DNA from: Octopus vulgaris
Lineage: Eukaryota
Reading direction: 5' to 3'
Length of the DNA stretch: 64,000 nt
Assembly: GCA_951406725.2 (NCBI GenBank)
Contig: OX597816.1
Span: forward strand, 114,018,001 to 114,082,000
Shown here: in pieces, positions 13,504 to 25,612 of the stretch
Layout of the letters: every line of letters begins with the position of its first letter
How positions within the stretch are numbered: the stretch's first letter is position 1
Translations under genes and position numbers: made by a program
Notes under the pieces: model-generated
Databases searched by the model: none
What the model was told of the DNA's origin: nothing
What the model saw: the letters and a program-made list of their open reading frames with translations, nothing else

Positions 13504-15017
13504 GCCCTGATGCAGTACCAGGCAGTGGCTCTCATGGCTTCTGATCTTAACTGATTGGAAGTGTTATCATGTACATTGTTTTGTCTTGGTATAAAAGATG
13601 GGCTACAGCAAATATTCTGCTCAATACCACAGATTTGCTTGTCAGTTGTTTGACCTTAACCAGTTGAGCATGTCCCTTAGTGGCTGACGATATGTGCATC
13701 TCTGATCACGAGCAGAAGTAGTGGGGGAGCATCATAGCCATGTGTTGAGAGGGATTCTTTGGGGTTTGAATAGTTCACCTCTGGAAACATCGGTGGTTCT
13801 TTCAACATCCTTAAACAACCCTTATTCAGGGACCTTTTGAGCGGGATGGGCTACTCAACCTGAAGAAAATTCTAACTGGGCCCCACCTGCAAGGTCATGT
13901 GCTGTTTATCTTGATATGAGATCACCATGTCGCGCACATATGGTTGTGATGCATGTGCCTGGTGTACCTTTATCAGACGAGTAGTCATGATGGGTATATT
14001 GGGCTTCGTATATTTTACCCCAGTGTCACTTTGATGGCATGAACTGCTCTCTCACTCAATAATAATAATAATAATAATAATAATAATTATAATTATAATA
14101 ACCCTATTTTACTATAGGCACAAGGCCTGATATTTTGAAGGGAAGAATAAGTCAATAGCATTAACCCCAGTGCTCAACTGGTACTTATTTTATCAATCTT
14201 GAAAGGATCAAAGGCAGAGTTAACCACAGTGGAATTTTAACTCAGAATGTAAGGATAGAGGAAATGGCAATAAGCATTTTGCCTGGTGTGCTAATGATTT
14301 AGCCACCTTGCTGCCTTAATGATAATTACACTCCTTTCTTCTATTGGTACAAGGCCTGAAATTTTGGGTGAGGAGTCTAGCTGATTTATATCGACCCCAG
14401 TGCTTGATAAGTACCTAATTCATTTACTCTAAAAGGATGAAAGGCAAAGCCAGTCCTAATGGGATTTGAACTCAGAATGTAAAGACAGACAAAATACTGC
14501 AAAGCAGTTTGTCCAGTGTGCTAATGATTCTGTGAACTCACTGCTTTAACATCAACAACAACAACAACAACAATAATAAGAACAATAATAATAATAATAA
14601 TAATAATAACAACAACAATAGTTTCTACTAAAGGCATAAGGCCTGAAATTTGGTGGCACAGGACTAGCTGATTACATTTACCCCAGTGTTTCACTGGTAC
14701 TTAATTTATAAACCCTGAAAAGATGAAAGGCAAAGTCGACCGCGGCAGATTTTGAACTCAGAACATAGCACCAGGTGAAATACTGCTAAGCATTTTGCCT
14801 AGAGTGCTAACAAAATAATAATAATTCTTTCTACTGGAAGCACAAGGCTTCAAATTTGGAGGAAGGGAATAAGTTGAGTATATTGACCCCAGTGTGTAAC
14901 TGGTACTAGCTTAACTGACTCCGAAAGGATGAAAGGCAAAGCTGACCTTGGCAGAAATTGAACTCAGAACATAGCATCCAACAAAATGTTGCTTAGTATT
15001 TTGCCCAGTGTGCTAAC

Positions 15018-15051
<34 letters not shown>

Positions 15052-15120
15052 TAATAATAATAAGAAGAAGAAGAAGAAGAATAACAACAAAAATAATAGC
15101 AGTAACAACAACAAATGATA
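13046..15120 (-). repeat. Array of about six same-orientation SINE B copies separated by (AAT)n/(AAC)n
   Basis: Copies at about 13085-13258, 13320-13433, 14100-14317, 14335-14548, 14620-14812, 14825-15018. Confidence 0.85.
13504..14057 (+). mobile_element. 554-bp non-coding element inserted in (AAT)n (family D), copy 1
   Basis: Closely similar to reverse complements of 57577-58105, 58121-58336 and 59884-60443; (AAT)n on both sides; strand label is relative. Confidence 0.9.
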
Positions 15121-15699
15121 ATAATGTTGATGCTAATGCTGATGATGCTGATGATGCTGAGGAGGAGATGACAACCTCCATGATCACCACCACTACCATC
15201 GCCACTACCGCTGCTACCACCACCGCTACCACCACCACCACCACCACCTCTCCACCATCATTATCATCATCAATCTTTCTTTTTTCAGATTTGTTCCCAT
15301 TTCTTACTGAGTGACTTCCCAATACCCAGGCAAAGAAACTCACTGTCTGTATTGATAGGCCATTAAAATAAACATACCAGATTGCTCATTTACAAAATCA
15401 ATAAAATTTTAAAATAATTAAATGAGTGAGAATCATTCTTACAGCGACAATGCTCTTTTCAATGTGTGTGTAACATAACAGTTAAAACAATCTTATGTAC
15501 TTCTTACCTGGATGGTAAGCCAGGAATCATTCTCAAATAATTTTCACTTCCTGTTTTGATAATTCTAAGTGCTCCTACAATCACTAGTATTGTAAGCCAC
15601 CATGCTCAGTTTCAATGAGCAAATCTTTATATTTTCTGAGTTTATTTTCTTTTGCTGAGATATTATGATCACAAAGTATGCTCATATTGACCAATAAAC

Positions 15700-15975
15700 A
15701 GACTTTATTATTTTAATATCTTACAACAATATCTGGTTTATTAGCTTCGGTGGTTCTGTCTGTATGTACTGGAGAGTTCCAGAGAATCATTACATTTCTT
15801 CCATCTGTTACAACCTCAGGATGGTGCTTATACCACTTGTCAATTTTTGATTTTATAATACTGACATATTAACCAGTGTACAGTAGATATTGGCCAACTC
15901 TGTCATGTCTTGATTAATACTCCACTGGTGCTAAAACTTTGCATTCAGAGGTTGGGGGTGGGCCACTGTTTCAGT
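15700..15975 (-). pseudogene. R4/Dong-clade non-LTR retrotransposon fragment (restriction-like endonuclease region)
   Basis: Minus-strand translation across frameshifts: RHDRVGQY...KWYKHHPEVVTDGRNVMILWNSPVHTDRTTEANKPDIVVKD (RHD and KPD motifs). Confidence 0.8.
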
Positions 15976-16269
15976 CTCACCATTGCTTAGTCAGAGTCAG
16001 GGAAGGGTGCTACTCATAACATTTTACAGTGTGCCCAAAGTGAGCATGAAGAAAAGAGAAAAAGTAGTGTCCACAATCTTTTCCAAAGCCTCCACAATTG
16101 CTAGGAGGTAAAGAGAAGAGTATCTGCAAGCCAGACACCTGACCATTCTATTTAAAATAGCTGGTGAGGATTTAAAATTTGATTGTGGACAAAATTTTGC
16201 CTACAGCTCAGGGTTTCCTTCTCCCTTGTTAAACATTGTACTATAACAAATGCTTATTTGTTATGCAAG

Positions 16270-16870
16270 AGAGTAAAAGGATCTTTTATAATACAAAGGG
16301 CAGCTAGATATATCTAAGGAGCAATCTAGTGTGTACCACTAAACTGGGTTTGTAACTGAAGTACTGAAATAAATCATAATGACATTTCAGTAAAATAACA
16401 AGGTAAAGGAAAAGATATGGAAGTGTCACAGTAAAAGGTCAAGTAGTATGAATGGAGTAAAGAAGAATCAACTCCCTAGGGAGCAAATGAGGATTGCAGT
16501 AGAGATTAGCTGTAAGATGATGATTAAATTAAGTACAGATATAAAGACAAGGGAGAGCTGAAGATCTTTGAAAGATATTTCTAAGATGTTGTAAGCACCA
16601 GGGTGGTTGGCTATTTCACTAGTTACATTCTTAGATAATAATATTGTACTAAACAGCATGATTGTTGATGAGGGATAGATCAGCAATAACTTCAACATCT
16701 TTCAAGGTATAGAATAGGGAACTGAGAAAGGAAATAACTAAGTAGTCGAATTAATGAAGCTAAGTACAAATAAAATACAATGTCATAACAAGATAGGCTG
16801 GATATGATAGAGTTTGAACCACAGCTGTTATGATTCTGTGGGTAAGTGGGTGCCAGCTTATTTAATGTAT
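16270..16870 (-). pseudogene. Highly decayed LINE fragment, possibly CR1-like
   Basis: Purine-skewed coding-like composition resembling 18440-18980; no clean motif. Confidence 0.3.
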
Positions 16871-16944
16871 GGAGTGCTTAAAAGTTAAAGTAAGACAAAA
16901 AAAAACTATTACTGTTAAGTTCTCGATACCAATATATTTTTCAA

Positions 16945-17409
16945 TTCTTTTATTCTTTTACTTGTTTCAGTCATTTGACTATGGCCATGGTGGATCACTG
17001 CCTTTAGTCAAACAAACTGACCCCAGGACTTATTCTTTGTAAACCTAGTACTTAATCTATCAGCCTCTTTTGCTGAACTGCTAAGTTACAGGGACATAAA
17101 CACACCAACATTAGTTGTCAAGTGATGGTGGGGTGATAAGCACAGACACACAAATACATACATATGTATATATATATGACAGGCTTCTTTCAGTTTTCAC
17201 CTACCAAATCTACTCACAAGGCTTTTGTTGGCCTGCGGCTATAGTAGAAGACACTTGCCCAAGGTGCCACACAATGGGACTGAACCCGGAACCGTCTGGT
17301 CGGGAAGCAAGCTTCTTACCACACAGCCACTCCTGTGCCTATATATCTTACCATACAGCCACTCCTGTGCCTATATATCTTACCATACAGCCACTCCTGC
17401 ACCTATGTA
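16945..17409 (-). mobile_element. SINE family A with triplicated 5' end
   Basis: Full SINE A; 32-bp unit TCTTACCATACAGCCACTCCTGTGCCTATATA x3 at 17314-17409. Confidence 0.9.
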
Positions 17410-17519
17410 TACTTCTTCGTATTTACTTCATTTGCTAACATTTTAAAGGCAAGTTATGCAGAGGTTACATTGTCAGTAGAAACATGTTCAGAGTTGCTTC
17501 CTGACTTGACAGAATTCTA

Positions 17520-17700
17520 TAAAAGTTTTGGCTTCAAATTTTAGCACAAGGCCAGCAGTTTTGGGGGAGGGGCCAAGTTGATTACATCGACCCCAGTGCT
17601 CAATTGGCTCTTATTTTATTGATCCCAAAAGGATGAAAGACAAAGTTACCATGGCAGAATTTGGACTCAGAAGATAAAGATGAATGAAAGGCTGCTAACT
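17520..17700 (-). mobile_element. SINE family B
   Basis: Central domain and B-box present in reverse complement. Confidence 0.8.
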
Positions 17701-18059
17701 TTAAAAAAAATATTTGCAACTGATTTATATTTTTTCACCATGAATTTTCTCTTTTTAATACCATATGATTTAAATGCATTGATATCAAATTATACAGTTA
17801 TATTTCTAGTTAGTTAAGAACAAACAATTATGTCTTGCAAGAGATTACCTTTGACAGGGTCTCCATATTCCCATACCAAATATATTCATGAGAAACAACT
17901 ACAAATGCAGAACATAAGCATGTGATGTAAGATAATAAATCCCCTGAGTCCTGTACTGTGGGTAGTTATCACATGTTACTAATTACTGGTTGTGATTTAA
18001 GGCATATTTGGAAGTAATTAATATTTAATCCTTTTTACTAAAAGTAAAGTTACCTTTTT

Positions 18060-18250
18060 GAGTCATACTGGCTGGTTTCCTGGTGGTTTCATGGCATATA
18101 CATTCCCCACCTGGATGAGATACTGGGACTGGAGCAACGTGAAATGAAATGTTTTGCTCAAGAACAAAGCATTGCCCATTCCAGGAATCAAACCCACAAT
18201 CTTATGATCATGAGTCCAACACCTTGAGCACTAAAGCTATGCACGTCCGC
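18060..18250 (-). mobile_element. tRNA-derived SINE (V-SINE-like head)
   Basis: Minus strand has A/B-box-like head then TTGAGCAAAACATTTCATTTCAC; similar to head at 48405-48516. Confidence 0.6.
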
Positions 18251-18439
18251 ATCCTTTTACTGGCTCTAGCTAACTGGCCATATTTAATACTTATTATTGG
18301 GGGATATATTGGAAGTTGTATAAAGGGTCTGCAGTATTGATGTGCCCAAGAAGTAAAGAAGCAAAGAAGAGTTGCAGCTAACTTTTTAACTTGTACTCAA
18401 CTAAGCACAAAATTTCTCTTTCTCTATTTCCAGTTCAGA

Positions 18440-18980
18440 CACTACTTAGAAGCCCCTATTACATAGTTTGAATTACTTGACATTGATCTCATTGATTTTC
18501 AGCTTGAATTTTTTTCAGACTGATGCCTATGGTGACAGTGTGGAATGGGTGAGATGTCTAGACATGGAAAAGAAGGATTGGGGTGGGTGTTCAATATGTG
18601 GTTTGAGATATGAAGTGGAGAATTAGGAGAGAGGATCAGGTAATAATGATTCATCTGTTAGTTCAGAGCAGTCAGAACCATTGTTGCTACAGGGGTGTGT
18701 CAGAAAAGGAGGAACAAAATGTCATCGATGGGGTTGTGATTGTACAGTGTCAGTAAGTGATGGTTTACTAATAAGTTGGATAACCTCTTTTGCAGAAGTG
18801 TACTATGGAATGTTCGTATGTAATAGTAATTGCTCCATCCCTGACATGTGGTTCATGCTGGTGCTTTGCAGATGACAGTAACTGTTCAGAGATGAAAAAT
18901 TTTCTATCTCTGAAAAGGAGCCTTAGACTTTCAGAAGCTGTTTGTTGTGCTTCTGATATATGGTTATCATGAGAGGGCAT
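18440..18980 (-). pseudogene. Decayed CR1/Jockey-like LINE ORF2 C-terminal fragment
   Basis: Translation HISEAQQTASESLRLLFRDRKFFISEQLL resembles the post-RT segment 'HI..I...AS..LG.L.R.RKFF..EQLL'. Confidence 0.6.
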
Positions 18981-20825
18981 TAGAAACTGTAAATTATAAA
19001 TGTTGCCTTTATATTGATTTCTTCCTACAAATTAGAGGAACAATTTTCATGAGTGTGATATAATTGATTGCATCAACACTAGTATATTACTGGCATAGAT
19101 TTTAATATTTATCAATCTCAGTGGGATAGGGATCAGTATGAACATTGGTGTGGTCTGAACTAGAATGCATAGGAACAAACTTAAAAACTATAAGATATTC
19201 CATCACTTCTGTGAACTCATTGCACTACATTTCATAATGCTAAAGAAATAATATTTGTTTACTAAAATGACCAGCTAAATAATACCATTATCATTATTTC
19301 TATTGTTGATTTCTTATACATTTATCTATTCAGAGATAGGTCTATATCCAATTAACCTTACCTCGCATCGACTCTATAGCTGCATCTAACATTTAAATTC
19401 ACATAACATGTACTATTCAAATATATTACTTGAAATTTCATTCAGCTTCTCCATTACAAAACTTATGTCTATTATTTAGAAAATAAAAGAAATTTAGAGA
19501 ATATTTTTCATTGCTTTGTATTTTTTCTTATATATGTGTGCGCATGTGTTAGTTTTCTTTATTGCACCTTTAATTTTATATACAATATTCAAAAATATTT
19601 GCAAATCAAATATCTTAGCATGAAACTCTATGTTATGAACATTTTTTTGTTTATTTATATTTTTACCATCATTAAAATCCAATATGTACTTTGAAATTGT
19701 AATTTAAAATACGGCATTGAATATGCACTGAATAAATACATAAAAATTGATCTTGACAAATGTTTTCAAATAGTGAGTGGTATGAAATATAAAAAAGTAA
19801 ATGAATAAAATATATAAAATAATGCCAAATTATTTGTGTTAATAAATAAATTAATAAATTCTAGTTTCGTTATTTTTTCTGTACCTTGTAAAACAATTAA
19901 TGACAGCTTTTAATACTTTATGACATGACTTTTGAAATCAGGGATTATTAGTGTCTTGATAATTCCTGTAAGTTGAGTATTTGCATAACTACATTTTCTT
20001 CCAGAATTACGTCAACACAGAAGAAGTAGTAAGATAGAATTTAATGAAAATATCTCTTCAACCCTAACTCCATGTGTAGAAAGTTTGTCTGAAAATGTCA
20101 CTTTTATCTTCTCTTGGAGTGCTGCTTGACAAGTGCTGTTAACAGAACATTCCCAAAGGTTAGTAACTCAAAATTGCTAGAAACATCTTGATATCATCTG
20201 CACGTCATCATAACAGGAAAAATTAGTCTGTTCTCTGTCAAGTAGCATATTCCTTGAAATGGATAATATGCTGATATTTGAAGATCACAGACATCAAATT
20301 TTTGGTTACAGTATCAACTATTAAGAAATCCTAAGCTATTAAGTGAACCAAATCAGGTGTTTCAAAGAATTCATTAAATATAGGAAACTAAATCTATACC
20401 ATGAAGACTGGTTTTAAGCTAGATGTACTGAAATATTATGAAAGATTACACATCAGCTCAAAAATCATAAATTATTGATACCTGAAAGTAGGTTTAATCG
20501 TTCTTAAAGGATTACTGCCACTTAATCTATAAGTGATTAATGTTCCAACCATATCTGTTTGGGTTCTTGTTCATTCACTTTTCAAACAGTCTAAACTTCC
20601 ACCAGCATTGGTTTTTCTGACACTTCCTGGCTTGCATCAACCTCTAACACTGGCAGCAATAATACACTGTTTCTAGCTATTCGGTTTTGCCTGAAATTTG
20701 ACTGAATGACCTAATGACTGGATACCCTTTTATAATCAGTTGTATATTTGTTGTGGAACGAGATTTCCATATTAAGTTTACTTCATATTGACTCCTGCTT
20801 CTTTCAGAAAGAAAGAGTTGTTTTG

Positions 20826-20861
20826 TACATACATACATACATACATACATACATACATACA

Positions 20862-20895
<34 letters not shown>

Positions 20896-20900
20896 CATAC
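20826..20900. repeat. (TACA)n microsatellite
   Basis: Direct reading. Confidence 0.97.
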
Positions 20901-20924
20901 ATGCATCCATTGTCTGGTTTTTAC

Positions 20925-21395
20925 ATTTCATGTCATTTACATCTCCTATCCTGGATAAACACTCCCTCTGGCAGGTTCCGCAGATGTAGCGAAGACTTTG
21001 CCTGGCTGGTTGTTCTATCTGCCACTTTATACAACAGCATTGAAGTGTCCTCTCCAGTTCCCTCCAGTTTTGCACTGGCCTGGGCTAGATGTAAGAAAAT
21101 CCTGGGTAGCCCAATCATTAGGATTCCTCCCTCAACCTTGCTGATGTAGTCCAAAGGAGTGCAGATCATTACGTTTGGCACCAGCTGGGTTGCAGGAGCT
21201 GCCAGAAGAGTATCGAGTCAAACACTAAACTGCCTATGGGGGTCCACTCCAGATTTCTTTGAAGGTTGTCTCCTTTCCATAACCCTGGATAGGGCCCACA
21301 TCAGATGCTGTCAGCCAGAGCCAACTGAGCCTGGAACTCATGTCAAGCAGGGTCATCACTCCTTGAAGTAGTGAAGAAAATCGCTCCCCACTACC
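20925..21395 (-). pseudogene. Decayed RTE-clade LINE 3' fragment
   Basis: YICGTCQRECLSRIG resembles the RTE C-terminal C-x2-C-x3-C-x-SRIG motif, followed by a microsatellite tail. Confidence 0.7.
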
Positions 21396-21396
21396 C

Positions 21397-21806
<410 letters not shown>

Positions 21807-22239
21807 TCACAATGAGATTATTCAAACCTCTTATAGGGATATGTATCTAAGATGCACTGGTTTAATACATTATATATTGAAGAGATATTTCTTTAATGAA
21901 TATATTATATAAAATGTCTTAAAAATAGCAAACATTATCATCGAATTAGAAAGCAGAGAGATCTAATGGATACAAATCAATTTTTTAATTAATCAACATA
22001 CACACATAATAAACATGTCTATATATTCTGAGTATTCTAAACATATCCTAATGTAATCATTATTGTCCTTCATATACCCTGATAATTTTCCATAAAGGTA
22101 TTTAAAATGCAATATTATATATTTATATATGTTTTCTGATTTTAATTTCGTTTATGAAATGAAACAAGTCTAGGTGAATATGTTGATTAATTAATAAATT
22201 AATTTGTATCCATTAAACCTCTGTTTTCTAACTTGATAG

Positions 22240-22481
22240 TCATCATCATCATTGTTTAACGTCTGCTTTCCATGCTGGCATGGGTTGGATGGTTTGACTG
22301 AGGACTGGTGAGCCAGAGGCTGCACCAGGCTCAATCTGATCTGGCAATGCCCTTGCTCAAAAGGTGTTTTTTACATGCTACCTGCAGGGAGCCAGTCTGG
22401 CAGCAGTACTGGCAATGACCATACTTGAATATTGTTTTTCATGTGCCACCAGTATATGTGCTGGTAAGGCAACACTGGCAG
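22240..22481 (-). mobile_element. SINE family C 3' part
   Basis: CATCATTGTTTAACGTCTGCTTTCCATGCTGGCATGGGTTGGA is the reverse complement of the family C tail; further partial copies at about 31250-31355, 35090-35272 and (plus strand) 47850-47975. Confidence 0.8.
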
Positions 22482-22488
22482 GATATAT

Positions 22489-22535
<47 letters not shown>

Positions 22536-22539
<4 letters not shown>

Positions 22540-22880
22540 TAAAAGGAATTCCAACCTTGTCTGATTTTCATGCTTTATTTACAATCTTATAATGATATAA
22601 TATAAGATAAGATAATATAATAAAATAAAATAAAATAAAATAATAGAATGTTAAATGTTCATTCTGATTGAACTAGTACTTTCATGCATTAAATTATGCA
22701 ATCTTCAGGTTCATGTAGTAGTGGTGACAGTCATGCTCCACAATTTTTGACTGTAGCGAGATGGTTAAATCTGTGCCTTAAATACACCTGTGTAGGCTCC
22801 AGATTGCTAGGTTTTGCAAACTGTATTCTGACCAATCAGTGTGTAACATCACTCAATTACTTAAGCTGATTGGTTTAGGC
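22536..22880 (-). mobile_element. Non-coding hammerhead-bearing repeat abutting (TA)n; probable Penelope-like pseudo-LTR/retrozyme
   Basis: Intact hammerhead at 22669-22713, downstream AATAAA on minus strand (about 22573-22578), ends in (TA)n. Confidence 0.55.
22669..22713 (-). ncRNA. Type-I hammerhead ribozyme, intact core
   Basis: Minus strand TGAAC-CTGAAGA-T-TGCAT-AATTTA-ATGCA-T-GAAA-GTAC-TA-GTTCA: stem I TGAAC/GTTCA, stem II TGCAT/ATGCA with U.U at 10.1/11.1, palindromic stem III AGTACT, CUA cleavage triplet. Confidence 0.85.
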
Positions 22881-25309
22881 TTGATAAATTGGGGTTGATA
22901 AAATAAGTATCAGTCATCCTAATGTTGACTTTATCAACTTCTCCCTCCAACAAAAACTACTGGTTCTGTACCAAGATTTGAAACCATAGTTAGATTTGAA
23001 TTTACATTAGGTTTTCTAATACAACTTGTACATAAATATATATTAATTATTTAATTCTACCCTAATAAATGCATGATACCAATTTGCATGATAATAATAC
23101 ATTGATGTCATTTTTCTTGTATCTTGATTCAGAAAGGGGTTCAGGTATGTTATCTAACCTTAAATTTATTAAAGATTAAACCTGTATACATCTTAGTAGA
23201 ATTTGGTGCTTTTATCTCACATTTAAATACTATGTTGTAGGCCATATGATTATTTTTCAAAGAATAATTTGCTGGTTTTATACAGTCAGAAATGGTTTCA
23301 TTTCCAACTACTGTATTTTGTTTCTTTGAATTTACTATGTTGGAGACATAATGTTCTCCATTAAGTGTATGGAGCAAGATAGATTTACACTTATTTTTAC
23401 ATGAGTATACCAGTTTCTCAAGTACCAGGATCAACAACCAAAAGGACTGCCTGAATGTTGGTAAAAAAAAAAAGAAAAAAAACAGGCACATGCAATTTGC
23501 TCCCATTGAATTCAAATCACAGCTGTAAAGCAACAAGTGTCTGCTGTATTTCCTTTTAAATGAATCTTTTAAACAATTTTGTCAGTTTTAAGAACAACAA
23601 TAAGATTAGTTTCAGTTCTAACAGAAAATATTTCTCTAATTGAGTCAATTTGCAAGTGAAAAAATATAGACATTATAATAGAAATTATATATAAAGCTTC
23701 CATTCTCTCATTGATTATCTACAAATAAAAAAGTAAGTTGTATCATTATTTACTTTGTCCCTTTTATTTTATCATAAAGTTTATGTTCACATATAATCAA
23801 ATATTTAGTTAATCAAAAATTACAGAGTAATGGACATATCTCACAAGTTTTCTTTCTTTTTCTTTTCTTTTATTTTTCTTCATGTAAAACTGGCTGAAAT
23901 TAAAGACTGAGTATTCTTAAGATAGTTCTTGTAAGAAACAAGGCTTAGTTAAGCTAGACAAATAATTGGTTATCAACAACTTAAATAATAATGATATTTC
24001 CCTTTGCAGCTCTTCCTTTGTACTACAGTTAAATTTCTTCATCATATGTAAAATTACTACCTGTTAAATTGGTATATTTGAGTACAAACAGCTTTATTTC
24101 TTGCCAATTAATTTGTTTAACTGTGTTCAACAAAACTAATTTCATTATTTGTTTCAGTTCCTGTTAAGAAATTGCTATTTTTTTTTTTTTTTTTCATTCA
24201 TCATTTTGGTTTATCAGGCACATTGCAAAATCATGAACTCCAAGTGTTGGGTGTTATGCATTGCATTATCATGCTTAATAAAACTGTTTGATTTTATCTA
24301 CATTTTAAATAAACCAAATTCTTCATGGAGATAGGGAAAATACTACACTTCAGTCTTTCAAGTGCATGTCTCTAAAGATTGCTGTTTTAGCAAACACTAA
24401 TTCCAGAGAAGATATCAGAGTATAAGATACTGGATTATAAAAATCAATGCTATACATGTTACTGCTTAGGTACTGATCATCCTGGATCCAGCAGACTTAT
24501 GAACAAAGGTACCCCAGCCTAGATTATCCCATCTTTTATTCATATACCATGTCACAAGAACTACAATAGCTAATGTAACCTTGTAAAAAAGACTGTAAGA
24601 GGTGATTTGAGCAGGATTTAGCTAGTACTTCAAGCTTGTCAAGCTATCTTGTAGAGGTTTCCTCACTGGCTCAGCGAAAGAATCAAAAGCCTGCTTAGTT
24701 TCTTCTCTCTGTAATCAAATTAATTGCTTGGTGAGCAAGCAGAATCAGATAAAATGTTAAGCAGCATTTTTTGCAGCTCTTTATGCTGCAAGTTCAGATC
24801 CTGCTGAGGTCAGCTTTATCATTCACTCCTTTGAAGACGAAAAAATTAATGTAAATACTAATTAAAATGCCAATAAAAGTAAATGCCAATTTACCAGACT
24901 TATACTTTCACATATTCCTCAATAAAATTGGAATAAATTTTTTATTATCAAACTCTACCACCAGAAACATTCTACAAATAAGAAAAATAAGTTTGATGTA
25001 TTAATGTCCAATATTGCTTACAGAAGAAAAAAAGGAATGTTAAAAAACCAATCCTAAGAAGGTGGTGCATTTTTTTGAAGGATGAAAACTAGAAGAAAGG
25101 TTCAAAAACTTTAGTCAGTTAAATTCTCATAGGATTAGATTTATATTTTACAAAATACTGGATTATAGGTATTTTTGTTTCCAGTTTAAAAATGAAACTA
25201 GTTTATATAAATAAGTGGGGGATAAATATTACCTTATGGTATCAATATTGCTTCTGTCACTATTATTTTTTTAAAAGCCTGTTGGCTATTTGTGACACCA
25301 GTCCCTGGA

Positions 25310-25612
25310 TGGACACAGAGATTCTATATACCAGTGATGGGGAAATTGGCTGCTATGTCTAGCTGGACGTCTGTCACTGACAAGTCCGAGGAAGGGTCAA
25401 ATCACATGATATGGCAGTTCTGGCAGTCATAACAAGGTTATTGCCTGACAGTGTTATAAACAGGAGTCCCTTTATGCACCACAAATCATTATGAGAGGTT
25501 GTCTCCTGGTAAATAATGCAGTATTCTGTGTTCTAACACAACAACCACTTTAAGTGGGTGATTTCGTATTAATATGGATTCTGTTACTATTAATTATTTT
25601 ATAAATAAAAAG
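25310..25612 (+). mobile_element. Hammerhead-bearing repeat family H, copy 1
   Basis: Aligns by eye to the reverse complement of 53870-54130, e.g. GGTAAATAATGCAGTATTCTGTGTTCTAACACAACAACCA vs GGTAAACAATGCAGTATTCTGTATTCTAACTCAACAACCA; AATAAA near 25603. Confidence 0.75.
25371..25417 (+). ncRNA. Degenerate type-I hammerhead ribozyme motif
   Basis: CTGTCA-CTGACAA-GTCC-GAGGAA-GGGT-CAAA-TCACATGA-TA-TGGCAG; stems I and II pair, G8 and G12 mutated; same position as the intact motif in the 54-kb copy. Confidence 0.65.
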
